Of a stretch of DNA of 32,000 nucleotides, positions 8,596-17,266 are shown in pieces (position 1 is the first letter of the stretch; every line of letters begins with the position of its first letter). The stretch comes from Candidatus Heimdallarchaeota archaeon B3_Heim (GTDB lineage: Archaea; Asgardarchaeota; Heimdallarchaeia; Hodarchaeales; Hodarchaeaceae). Below the pieces are notes generated by a model that did no database searches, had not been told where the DNA came from, and worked only from the letters and a program-made list of their open reading frames with translations. A program made the translations under genes and the position numbers. Location of the stretch: NCBI GenBank assembly GCA_003144275.1, contig NJBF01000025.1, positions 36,114 through 68,113 of the forward strand, written 5' to 3'.

Positions 8596-10353
8596 CTATG
8601 GAAATGTATCCTTTTTTGCAGTTGAAACAGCAAAATTCTGGCCAAAGATCCGTTCTGTAGAATCTTCAAAAGAGGAATGACGTCTAGCTTTGAGATATTG
8701 ATTCGTTCGCATAGCAAGGGATTTCCTTTGTAATGGTTCGAGATCTTCGCCTCGAGTTTTCCAATCTTCAATATGAGCATCTGGAGGAGCTTGGGCTAAA
8801 AGACCCACTGTCATATGTTGGTTTCCATCCATTTTGATAATATACTTTTCTTTAGCATCAGTTGTAAAGAATAGTTCTTCGATCAGAAAGTCTTCAACTT
8901 GAAATGCGTTTTGAAATAAATCAGTTAAATAAGGTTGAAGATTAGTAAGAAAAGTCATAATCGTTGATGCAAGGCCTAGGGATGGTTTTGAAAGAAACGT
9001 TGTTACATTAGATTTTAAATCTGTCTCGAAAATGCCTTCAATACTGTAATTTCCCTCTCGTAGAGTATCAAAGGTATCTACTATTTGAATATTACTAACT
9101 GCCTCAATAACCAAAGCTTGAGGTATAAAGGTTGCATCAGTTGCGAAAGAACCTCTTTTCAACAATCCTCGTGATGGTTTTTCTTGTACAGAAACTTTAG
9201 GAGCCGACGGTGTTGGAGATTGCTGGTCTATTTCCTCTGATTTTCGAATCTTTCCCAGTAAACGACCAAAGAACCCTTTCTTCTTGACGGGTGTTGCTTC
9301 TTTTCCTTGTAGTTTTGGTGTTGTCGGGGTGGCTGGACGAGGTTTGGATTTTTGATCACCCGAAAGAGTATTTTTCCAGGTACCTGCTTTTGATTCATCA
9401 AGCCCTCGTAAATGAAGTATTTGAGCAACATTTGCTGCATTCAGATCATCCGCAGGAGTTTTCATAATTAACATGGGGTTTGCGGGTGAAAAAGCATCCC
9501 GAACGAGCATAAAGTGTTCTAAGGTATTCAAAATTCGTCCTCGAAGCATCACAATGTCGCTATTAAGTATAGGTCTATTTAAAAATGATGTGACTTTCTG
9601 AAATGGAGTTTGAAGCTTACTTACTTTTGTTCCTTCTCCTACATTCCATGATGAAATTAATGAAGCCTGTTTAGTATTAAAAAGAAGAAAAGCTTGGGTT
9701 TCATTCATATTTGCGATTGTAACACTCGAATTTTGTATTACAACGTGAAGAGCTTCATGTTCTTTAAGTAATTTCCAGATAGGAGCCAGTAAATCTGAAT
9801 GTTTCTGATTATCAGATTGAATTTTCAGTGATTGAATTTCCTCATGGGGATATGTCCGTTTCAGGGCGGCTGATAAAAGAGCGAATTCCCAACCACAGGG
9901 ACCTTTAGAAAGATAGTTACTCACTCTTTTCAGGTAAGGTGAAATGAAATAATCCTTCAATCGAATTAATGACACATCTCGAGGCATACCTCTTCCTCCC
10001 ATGAACAAATCCTGAGATCTCATTTTTATTGCCGTTTTATAAGCAACATAGAACACATGCATTAATTTATCAGGTGATTTATTACGAGAGCGACCTGATT
10101 TGAATGCTTCAAATATAGAGCTATACCGATCTTCATCTGACGCTTCAGAGGGGACTTCTGATGCAGTGGTAATGAAATCCGCAACAAATAAGGCACGAGC
10201 TCCTTCATCCTCAGTTAAACCCGCATTAGTTGCCAACGTGAGCAACTCTGGTGCCGCACTGGCATATCGACTTAACCGAACAGGCACATCGTATTCTCGC
10301 CCTAATTCAATTAGTAAAGAATCAAAAAATGGAAGATTTGGTATGCTTGACAT
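8596..10353 (-). CDS. Hypothetical 585 aa multidomain protein with Pro/Lys-rich linker, amphipathic KKKGFFGRLLGK helix and possible C-terminal roadblock/longin-like domain
   Basis: Long ORF with GGTGA RBS upstream of ATG. Domain guesses come from the secondary-structure pattern only. Confidence 0.6.
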   Translation of the reverse strand: MSSIPNLPFFDSLLIELGREYDVPVRLSRYASAAPELLTLATNAGLTEDEGARALFVADFITTASEVPSEASDEDRYSSIFEAFKSGRSRNKSPDKLMHVFYVAYKTAIKMRSQDLFMGGRGMPRDVSLIRLKDYFISPYLKRVSNYLSKGPCGWEFALLSAALKRTYPHEEIQSLKIQSDNQKHSDLLAPIWKLLKEHEALHVVIQNSSVTIANMNETQAFLLFNTKQASLISSWNVGEGTKVSKLQTPFQKVTSFLNRPILNSDIVMLRGRILNTLEHFMLVRDAFSPANPMLIMKTPADDLNAANVAQILHLRGLDESKAGTWKNTLSGDQKSKPRPATPTTPKLQGKEATPVKKKGFFGRLLGKIRKSEEIDQQSPTPSAPKVSVQEKPSRGLLKRGSFATDATFIPQALVIEAVSNIQIVDTFDTLREGNYSIEGIFETDLKSNVTTFLSKPSLGLASTIMTFLTNLQPYLTDLFQNAFQVEDFLIEELFFTTDAKEKYIIKMDGNQHMTVGLLAQAPPDAHIEDWKTRGEDLEPLQRKSLAMRTNQYLKARRHSSFEDSTERIFGQNFAVSTAKKDTFP

Positions 10354-10464
10354 ATAATCACCAAGTTTCAGTACTCGATCTTTCAGAGTTCGTTCTAAAC
10401 TAAAACCTTTTGCTAATGAATAAACCTTATTTTTATAAAAAGGATGGCATTCTTGCTAAGAGCC

Positions 10465-10926
10465 TTACTTAAAACTCGTTTTTTGTTGATTTGATAAATA
10501 CAGGAACGTCAGTGTCAGTGCTCCGCCAATTACTCCTCCATAGAACCCAACGTCGGGCCACCACGCATTATCTTCGATTATATTAATCAAGGCAAAAATC
10601 ATAAATACGCCTAATTGAATTCCGATGGCTGCAATTGCGGCAAAAATACCAAACCTAGAAAAAGAATCTTCTAAATTGTCCATTAGTCCGAGGTAAGAGA
10701 CATAAGCACAAAATGCAAGTAAAGCTACTGCTACAAGTAGAATAGGTGTGACTAAAAGGTTGCTGGGACTAAAATCCAGATATATACCTATCCATACAGT
10801 TACTTCTACATATTGATCCCACCAATACCACCCTGCAAAATCCCCAAATAATAATAATGCTGCTCCAATTACACTGGTAATTAAGGAACCTACATACAGG
10901 TAATTTTGATTCATTGTTTCAGCCAA
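10465..10926 (-). CDS. Hypothetical four-TM membrane protein (claudin/PMP22-like layout)
   Basis: 153 aa with four hydrophobic segments, a Trp-rich first loop (GWYWWDQ...VWIGIY) and WWPDVGFY before the last TM. GGTGA RBS 6 nt upstream of a TTG start. Confidence 0.6.
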   Translation of the reverse strand: MAETMNQNYLYVGSLITSVIGAALLLFGDFAGWYWWDQYVEVTVWIGIYLDFSPSNLLVTPILLVAVALLAFCAYVSYLGLMDNLEDSFSRFGIFAAIAAIGIQLGVFMIFALINIIEDNAWWPDVGFYGGVIGGALTLTFLYLSNQQKTSFK

Positions 10927-11110
10927 GTTTTTTCACCAATTACGTATTCTAAAGGATATATTCCAATGTGATTTATCAATTTTTTACTTCATCATTCAGA
11001 ATAAGTAAGTCCGGGCCAAAAAAAAAGAGAATGATTTCGATGACAGATGTTTTTTAAGACCAATAAAAAGCTGTAATCTCAACCGAAAGTCTGACATAAA
11101 GGTGAAAACT

Positions 11111-11584
11111 GTGAGTAGACGAGTTTATGTAAAAGGAAAAAAGACGTATGCAAAAGGTCAAGCACCAGATCTGAGTAAATCAAACCGTTATCAAAATATA
11201 ATCTCCTTAATGAGTATTCGAGTAGAGGATGTTCATGAAAGAAATCCAATGGATCGAACTGGTGAGTTTTACTTTGAAATCGGTGGAAAGGGTCTCCTTA
11301 AGCATGATTATCGCGTACCGTTCCATGGGGAAATTAAAATTAAAGAAAACTTAACCTACACTACAAAACAAGATTTTACACTCTGGCTTTCATTTGATGA
11401 AGCAGAGAAGGCGAAAACCCGTAGTATTCCCATCAAATTTCGTGAGAGGGACCCTACCAAGGATGACACAATCATAAAAACTGAAATTCCCATAACCTTT
11501 GGCTCTGGATCAAAGTATGAAGTGATTAAAGGACCAGGTATATCTATAAAATTAAAAATCTCTAGTCATAAAACCCGATTCTAA
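11111..11584 (+). CDS. Hypothetical soluble beta-rich protein, possible C2-like domain
   Basis: AGGTGA RBS at 11100-11105 supports GTG 11111 (ORF track 11102). Alternating beta-strand pattern with acidic loops EDVHERNPMDRTGEFYF and FRERDPTKDDTII. Confidence 0.55.
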   Translation: MSRRVYVKGKKTYAKGQAPDLSKSNRYQNIISLMSIRVEDVHERNPMDRTGEFYFEIGGKGLLKHDYRVPFHGEIKIKENLTYTTKQDFTLWLSFDEAEKAKTRSIPIKFRERDPTKDDTIIKTEIPITFGSGSKYEVIKGPGISIKLKISSHKTRF

Positions 11585-11599
11585 GTTGGGGTTCTCTAT

Positions 11600-12172
11600 A
11601 TGTCCAAAAAGGATTCTAAATCTAAGAAAAGTTTTATGGATCGAATTAAAGACTCCAGCAAAGATTTTGTTAATGGAGTTAAGCAAGAATTCGATGAAGC
11701 AGGGAAATCACCACCTTCCAAAGAGAGGACAGCTTCCTATGTTGGAAGAAAAAGGGAAGAATTTCAGGACGCTGTCAATAGACGTGTGAGTGATACCAGT
11801 TCCCCTGAAGGAGTTTATTATTCTACAACCGCCTGGTTTTGGGCAATGTTCTTCGTTATAATTATTTGCCTCGCCCTTTTCTTCTCAGGATTTATGTATC
11901 CTCGACTATTCTTGGTGGGATTGCTTGCATTACTGGCAATGCCATTTTTAGTAATTTGGTGTTTAACCCATATGATTCCAACGCTTCGGATATTTGGAAT
12001 TACGGTGTTTGATCGAAATCAACTTTCCTTACGAAGACAATTAACTGTTGGGAAAGAAATAGCACGATTTTTTACACGAGAGTTTTTGGAAGAATCTCCA
12101 ATCTTCGCTTTCTTCTTGTTCATGTTTTTGCTAATCTTCATATTGTCTATTCTCTTTGCATTTGTTACTTAA
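11600..12172 (+). CDS. Hypothetical membrane protein (charged N-terminus, TM hairpin, C-terminal TM)
   Basis: 190 aa, 15 nt downstream of the previous gene on the same strand, three hydrophobic segments. Confidence 0.65.
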   Translation: MSKKDSKSKKSFMDRIKDSSKDFVNGVKQEFDEAGKSPPSKERTASYVGRKREEFQDAVNRRVSDTSSPEGVYYSTTAWFWAMFFVIIICLALFFSGFMYPRLFLVGLLALLAMPFLVIWCLTHMIPTLRIFGITVFDRNQLSLRRQLTVGKEIARFFTREFLEESPIFAFFLFMFLLIFILSILFAFVT

Positions 12173-12179
12173 ATAACTC

Positions 12180-13109
12180 TTAAGAGCCAATATGGAGTAG
12201 GTCACAATATTTTAAGGTGACTAGCAATTCATAGGTACACTTTCCTGTCCATTCCCGTTCTACCTGTTTCCATATTTCATCTTCTCCCCATTTCCAAAGA
12301 GGATGTGAACCTCCATCATCTCCCAATCGTTTTACTTCATTTTCAATTAATTGTTTCATCTTTTTGGGATGTTTTTGGTAGAGATAGGAAGTTTTTTCAG
12401 TAATTAACCTCTGTATCTTGATTTCTTCGAATTTTTGTTCATCCAAGAGCTCTAAGTTCTCAAAGGTTGTATCTAGCATAGTCATAATGTCTTCTGATAA
12501 TTCCTGAGAAACATGGGGTATTAGACGCTTGAAACATAGAAATTTGTAGTAGATAAACTCTGTGAGTCTGGGTACTAGTTTGAGATATTTTTGCAAATCT
12601 CTCACTATTTCATCATACAACGATTGCGAAATGAGCTGTTGATACCGTAGGAGATAGCCTATCACCTCTACGCTCGGATTCGGCCATTCTTCAATCCTTG
12701 GGGTTTTAAGTTTTTTTCCAGACCACCAAGGGGCGTGTAATGAGTGGTTTGATTCCAAAGGAGTTAGATTCCAGAAGTAGTTTAGGGGAGAACCTTTTGG
12801 AAATTCTTGGACTTCTCTTATAAGATATAGAATTGCCTGTTTAATCATCTCATTTGGTTCTGAAAGTTTTAGTTCATGTACATATTGCATAGCTACGGTT
12901 GTTGCTAAAACAGAGGATTTTTTTGTCCGGAAATCTGGTTCCAAGGCCTGTCCAAAACCTCCGTCCTCATTTTGATAGGTCTTTAGGATATCAAGGACTG
13001 TTCGGGGTGATTTATCCATAAATTCGAATTCAAAAAGGGCTCGATCCAACGGTCGGGCATGGGTCATGATATAGTGTCTGGCTTTTGTAAATTTCTCATT
13101 GGAAAGCAT
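12180..13109 (-). CDS. Prenyltransferase/squalene-oxidase (QW-type) repeat protein, alpha-alpha toroid
   Basis: ARPLDRALFEFEF...YQNEDGGFGQALEPD and a second GDDGG repeat. ATG 13109 preferred; the ORF track starts at GTG 13118. Confidence 0.7.
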   Translation of the reverse strand: MLSNEKFTKARHYIMTHARPLDRALFEFEFMDKSPRTVLDILKTYQNEDGGFGQALEPDFRTKKSSVLATTVAMQYVHELKLSEPNEMIKQAILYLIREVQEFPKGSPLNYFWNLTPLESNHSLHAPWWSGKKLKTPRIEEWPNPSVEVIGYLLRYQQLISQSLYDEIVRDLQKYLKLVPRLTEFIYYKFLCFKRLIPHVSQELSEDIMTMLDTTFENLELLDEQKFEEIKIQRLITEKTSYLYQKHPKKMKQLIENEVKRLGDDGGSHPLWKWGEDEIWKQVEREWTGKCTYELLVTLKYCDLLHIGS

Positions 13110-13333
13110 TATAGTCACAAAATAGTAGAATTTATACTGTTTGTAAGTTTTTGCCGAGTAAGAACTCTACCTTCACACTTTTTCAAGAACTTAAGAAAAT
13201 TTAGGTTGGGAATTTTGATCAAGTGAGATGATATGCCTTCAGGAAAAAGAATAATAATTGACTCAGGTCGAAAGGGAAACTATAAGGAAACTCTGTAATA
13301 TACTGAAAACTAATGAAAGAATTCATTTAGGAT

Positions 13334-14776
13334 GTGGAAATAATCGAAGATGTGTTAGAATATGCAGTGAATGAGGGTGAAAAAGCAGGTGCCGATTTTG
13401 TTGAAGCTCGATTCGAGGATCTGAAGTTACAAACTTTAATCCGTGAAAAGGAAACCATGAAGGACGTTTTAAGCTCCCGTCGACGAGGAATCGGGATAAC
13501 AACGTATTATAAGGGAGTACAAGGCTTTTCCTATACAGCCGCACTTTCACAACCTGATGTGAAGGAAACTGTACTTAGAGCAGTGAAAATTGCCAAAGTA
13601 TCCGAACCAACGGCGAGACTTCGATTACCCTTCGAAAAAGATGGAAAACTACCCGATTTACGGACTCCTCTTGAATTCAAGGTCAATAAACATCCAATAA
13701 AGTATGACTTAGCTTACAAAAAAGAATTAGTAGATAGAGCATCGAGTACCGCGCTGTCATTTGATACTCCCAAAGTCAACTCAATCATCGGCCGCTATGG
13801 TGAATTAAGTGGAATCAAAATGCTCTATACCTCAGAAAATCGGTTGGTTAGCTACAAACCGATAATTACTGATCTTAGAATGACTGTTATTGTTAAAGAT
13901 CCGAAAACAGGAGAATTACTTCGAGCTGGAGATGGCCATGGTGGAGCTTACGGGTTAGATAGGTGGGAACAGAAAGGAAGAACACCTGAAGAAATCGCAA
14001 CGAATGCTTATAATTGGACTGTGGAGAAATGTGACGCGAAAAAACCTCCTGCAGGAAAACATCCCGTGCTTACTGATCCAGAACTAACAGCTGTACTTGC
14101 ACACGAATCCTTTGGCCACCTAACGGAAGCAGATGGAGTGGTAGAAAAATCGAGTCCATTGACAGGCAAGATTGGTCAAAAAATTGCAAATGATAATATC
14201 AATGTTATCGATATTGGAGTAAATCCAGGTGAGGGGGGTCTTTGGTTACCGTATGATGACCAAGGAGTTCCTACAGCAGATACAAGTCTCGTTGAAGAAG
14301 GTGTGCTTAAGTCATATCTGCATAACAGAGGAACAGAGCAGGCATTACCAGATTCGGGTGGCCTTAGTGGAAACGCTCGCGCATTAACCTATCGATTTTC
14401 TCCCATTCCCCGAATGAAAAATACAATTTTCCTCCCTGGTGAAGTGAAAACTGAGGAAGAAATGTTAGAGTTACTTGGAACAGGTATTTATTCGATTGAT
14501 ACCTCTGGCGGCTCTGTATCAATGTCCAACTTTCAATTTTTCGCACTTCGAGGCTATTGGGTAGAAAACGGTGAGAAAAAATATCCGTTGCGTGATCACC
14601 TTTTAACTGGAAATATATTGCAGTGTCTCTTACAGGTTGAAGCGTTGAGTCAAGAAACAGTGTTATTATCAGGGTATTTCGGAGGCTGTGGTAAAGGAGG
14701 ACAAAATGGTTTGTCTGTTGGAATGGGTGCTCCTCACATGCTTTTTTCAGAAATTCAAGTCGGAGGAGAAAATTAA
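13334..14776 (+). CDS. tldD: TldD-family metalloprotease, catalytic subunit
   Basis: GADFVEARFE N-terminus, HExxxH motif (HESFGH), PYDDQG, YLHNRGT, PRMKNT and C-terminal GCGKGGQ with the Cys ligand. Confidence 0.92.
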   Translation: MEIIEDVLEYAVNEGEKAGADFVEARFEDLKLQTLIREKETMKDVLSSRRRGIGITTYYKGVQGFSYTAALSQPDVKETVLRAVKIAKVSEPTARLRLPFEKDGKLPDLRTPLEFKVNKHPIKYDLAYKKELVDRASSTALSFDTPKVNSIIGRYGELSGIKMLYTSENRLVSYKPIITDLRMTVIVKDPKTGELLRAGDGHGGAYGLDRWEQKGRTPEEIATNAYNWTVEKCDAKKPPAGKHPVLTDPELTAVLAHESFGHLTEADGVVEKSSPLTGKIGQKIANDNINVIDIGVNPGEGGLWLPYDDQGVPTADTSLVEEGVLKSYLHNRGTEQALPDSGGLSGNARALTYRFSPIPRMKNTIFLPGEVKTEEEMLELLGTGIYSIDTSGGSVSMSNFQFFALRGYWVENGEKKYPLRDHLLTGNILQCLLQVEALSQETVLLSGYFGGCGKGGQNGLSVGMGAPHMLFSEIQVGGEN

Positions 14777-14793
14777 TTCTCGGATGTGATAAT

Positions 14794-16185
14794 ATGGGAA
14801 AAGTCGAATTTGAAAATATTAAAGGGTATCTACAGGGACTCGCTGATGATTCAATAAAATACGGAGTGGCGAAATACCCAGGAATGGAAATAGAGTCCTA
14901 TCTTACATATGGATATGAAAGTGAAATTAGCATCGAGGGTGGACTCCCTAAGGCTGTTGATGGATTTGGTGGGGGAATCGGGGTTCGAGTTGCGGATAAA
15001 AAATGTGTTGGTTTTGCTTCTTTTTCGGGATTGACAAAAGAAGGGCTATCGGCTACAGTAGATGATGCCGTGGCGACAATGAGGGCGATAAATGCCACCG
15101 ATGAGAAATTTCAGGGATTTGCTGATCCTATAAAACGTCATTCTACTGATGGAGATTTTTACAAGCCCATACTTGATTTAACCTCGGCTGAACTTATTCA
15201 AATGGTAAATCAGATTACAACTGAAGCACGAGAAGTCGATAAACGTGTGGCCACCATTGTGGGAAACACAGGACTAGCCTATGGTGGTTTTGCAGTAGCC
15301 AATAATCGTGGAATCAATAATGCAAGTACCTCTGTAGCGTCATTCATTGTAATTCAATGTATTGCCCAGGAACCTGGTTCTGATAAGCGAAAAATTGGCT
15401 TTGAATTTGATGTGAGTCGATCACGTGCACTAAAGTGGGATGGTTTAGCTGAAAAAGCAGCGACTCACGCAGTAAATCTCTTGGAGACAAAGAAGCTAGA
15501 CAAATCAACACAATTACCAACGGTTTGGGAACCTCGAATTAGTTCGACATATATTCTCAGTAGCCTTTCACCTGCATTAAATGGACGGATGGTGGTAGAA
15601 GGACGTTCACGTTTTGCCGATCGAATTGGTGAGGACATCACACTCAAAGAATTCTCATTATATGACGATGGCCAAATTCCCGAAGGACTTGGTACCTCAG
15701 CGTTTGATGCGGAAGGAATTCCAACGCAAAGAACTTCCTTGATTGAAAATGGCGTATTGAAAAACTTCCTCTTTGATTCCTATTACTCGCGAGTATTTGG
15801 GACAGAAAGCACAGCAAATGCTTCACGTGGAGGTCAGGGTTTTACTTCAACTCCCCAAATAGGAGTGACAACATTAATTGTACCAGAAGGCTCTACGGAT
15901 GTTGATTCAGCAATAAGTGAAATTTCTGAAGGTATCTATATGCAAGATTATGTGATGGGACTAGGACACTCTGATCCAGTTAGTGGAGATTTTTCAGCGG
16001 TTGCTCCCCAATCTCTCTATATCAAAGATGGTGAAATCGCGGGATCCTTAGATCCTGTTACAATTGGAGGAAATTTCTATAAAGGACTGAATGAGATTCG
16101 TCATTTGTGCACAGATGCGATTCTAACTCCGTGGAACATCAAGATACCTACAATGATCATCGATGGGTTTACAGTATCAGGGTAA
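14794..16185 (+). CDS. pmbA: PmbA/TldE-family non-catalytic partner subunit
   Basis: Directly follows tldD. FDAEGIPTQRTSLIENGVLKNFLFDSYYS and SGDFS...YIKDGEI motifs, no HExxxH. Confidence 0.9.
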   Translation: MGKVEFENIKGYLQGLADDSIKYGVAKYPGMEIESYLTYGYESEISIEGGLPKAVDGFGGGIGVRVADKKCVGFASFSGLTKEGLSATVDDAVATMRAINATDEKFQGFADPIKRHSTDGDFYKPILDLTSAELIQMVNQITTEAREVDKRVATIVGNTGLAYGGFAVANNRGINNASTSVASFIVIQCIAQEPGSDKRKIGFEFDVSRSRALKWDGLAEKAATHAVNLLETKKLDKSTQLPTVWEPRISSTYILSSLSPALNGRMVVEGRSRFADRIGEDITLKEFSLYDDGQIPEGLGTSAFDAEGIPTQRTSLIENGVLKNFLFDSYYSRVFGTESTANASRGGQGFTSTPQIGVTTLIVPEGSTDVDSAISEISEGIYMQDYVMGLGHSDPVSGDFSAVAPQSLYIKDGEIAGSLDPVTIGGNFYKGLNEIRHLCTDAILTPWNIKIPTMIIDGFTVSG

Positions 16186-16248
16186 ACCAATCACTTCTAT
16201 TTTTTGAATTTGCATTAGCTAGAATTCTTGTTAATGAATGGATTAATT

Positions 16249-17133
16249 ATGTCAAATGAAAACGAAACAGAATCTGTTCTAATTGAACATCCTCTACTTG
16301 TAAGTTTGATTCTAACATTTGTTTATGGTTTTGCTATCTATCTTCCCGATTATCTTGACCTTGAAAATGTGTTTTTTACTAATCCCTCTCCTTTTGAGAG
16401 AATATCCTTCGAGTTTGTCTCTAGGTTTACATTGAGTGGTTTATTATGGATATTTGTAGTTCCAATTTCGTTGTACTTAATGAAAGGACTCACCTCACGA
16501 GATTTTCTGAGGACAATTCGTCTTCATCCCAACCAAATCTCTAGTAGAAGCATTCTATTGGGATTAACTGTCAGTATCTCGTTTTTTATTTGTGTCGTAT
16601 TAACTGCAATGCTTCTAGGAGTTTATACATCGAATTTTTCTCTTTTAACCTCCCCTGATTATGAAAATGGGCTGGGATGGTTTATATTTGTTTTCGCGCT
16701 CATCCCTGGAATCTGGGAGGAAATAGCTTTTCGGGGGATAATTTTTTCATTCCTATTATCAAGATATTCAGTAGGAAAAGCATTGCTGCTTGATAGTGTT
16801 TTATTTTCCCTATTTCACATCTTTAATTATCTTCTTCTAAATCAAGATTTATCCTCTGTACTTTTCCAATCTATTGCCGCTATTCCTGTGGGGTTATCAC
16901 TTGCATACTTAGTTGTAAAAACAGATAGCATTCTTCCTGCTATTTTAATCCACTACTCCATTGATGTTACCCTCTTTATCAGTGGATTTATCTTTGATTT
17001 GAGTAACACTAGTTCAACTTTGATTTTCGCTCTCTTGTCATTAATTGTAATCCCTCCGTTTCTCATCCTTCTTTTTTCATGGATATTTTCGAGTAACGGT
17101 AAAGACCATACAACTGATCTTAAAGGAAAATAG
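16249..17133 (+). CDS. CPBP (Abi/CAAX protease-like) intramembrane glutamic metalloprotease
   Basis: Multi-TM with EExxxR (WEEIAFRG), FxxxH (FSLFH) and a final His motif (IHYSID). ATG 16249 preferred; the ORF track starts at TTG 16228. Confidence 0.88.
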   Translation: MSNENETESVLIEHPLLVSLILTFVYGFAIYLPDYLDLENVFFTNPSPFERISFEFVSRFTLSGLLWIFVVPISLYLMKGLTSRDFLRTIRLHPNQISSRSILLGLTVSISFFICVVLTAMLLGVYTSNFSLLTSPDYENGLGWFIFVFALIPGIWEEIAFRGIIFSFLLSRYSVGKALLLDSVLFSLFHIFNYLLLNQDLSSVLFQSIAAIPVGLSLAYLVVKTDSILPAILIHYSIDVTLFISGFIFDLSNTSSTLIFALLSLIVIPPFLILLFSWIFSSNGKDHTTDLKGK

Positions 17134-17168
17134 TGAAAAAAAAGACAATTAACGACTTAGAAGAAAAG

Positions 17169-17196
17169 AAAAAAAGAAGATATTTCGCATATCTTC
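17169..17196 (-). terminator. Hairpin plus U-tract terminator candidate for the minus-strand peptide gene
   Basis: GAAGATAT-TTCGC-ATATCTTC perfect 8-bp stem (17176-17196) next to A7 (17169-17175), which reads as a U-run after the hairpin on the minus strand. Confidence 0.55.
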
Positions 17197-17266
17197 AAAT
17201 TGAGGGTTGGCCTGGTTTAATCCTAATTTAACATCGCTCTTTTATGTTTCAATGTTAAATTTTGAT

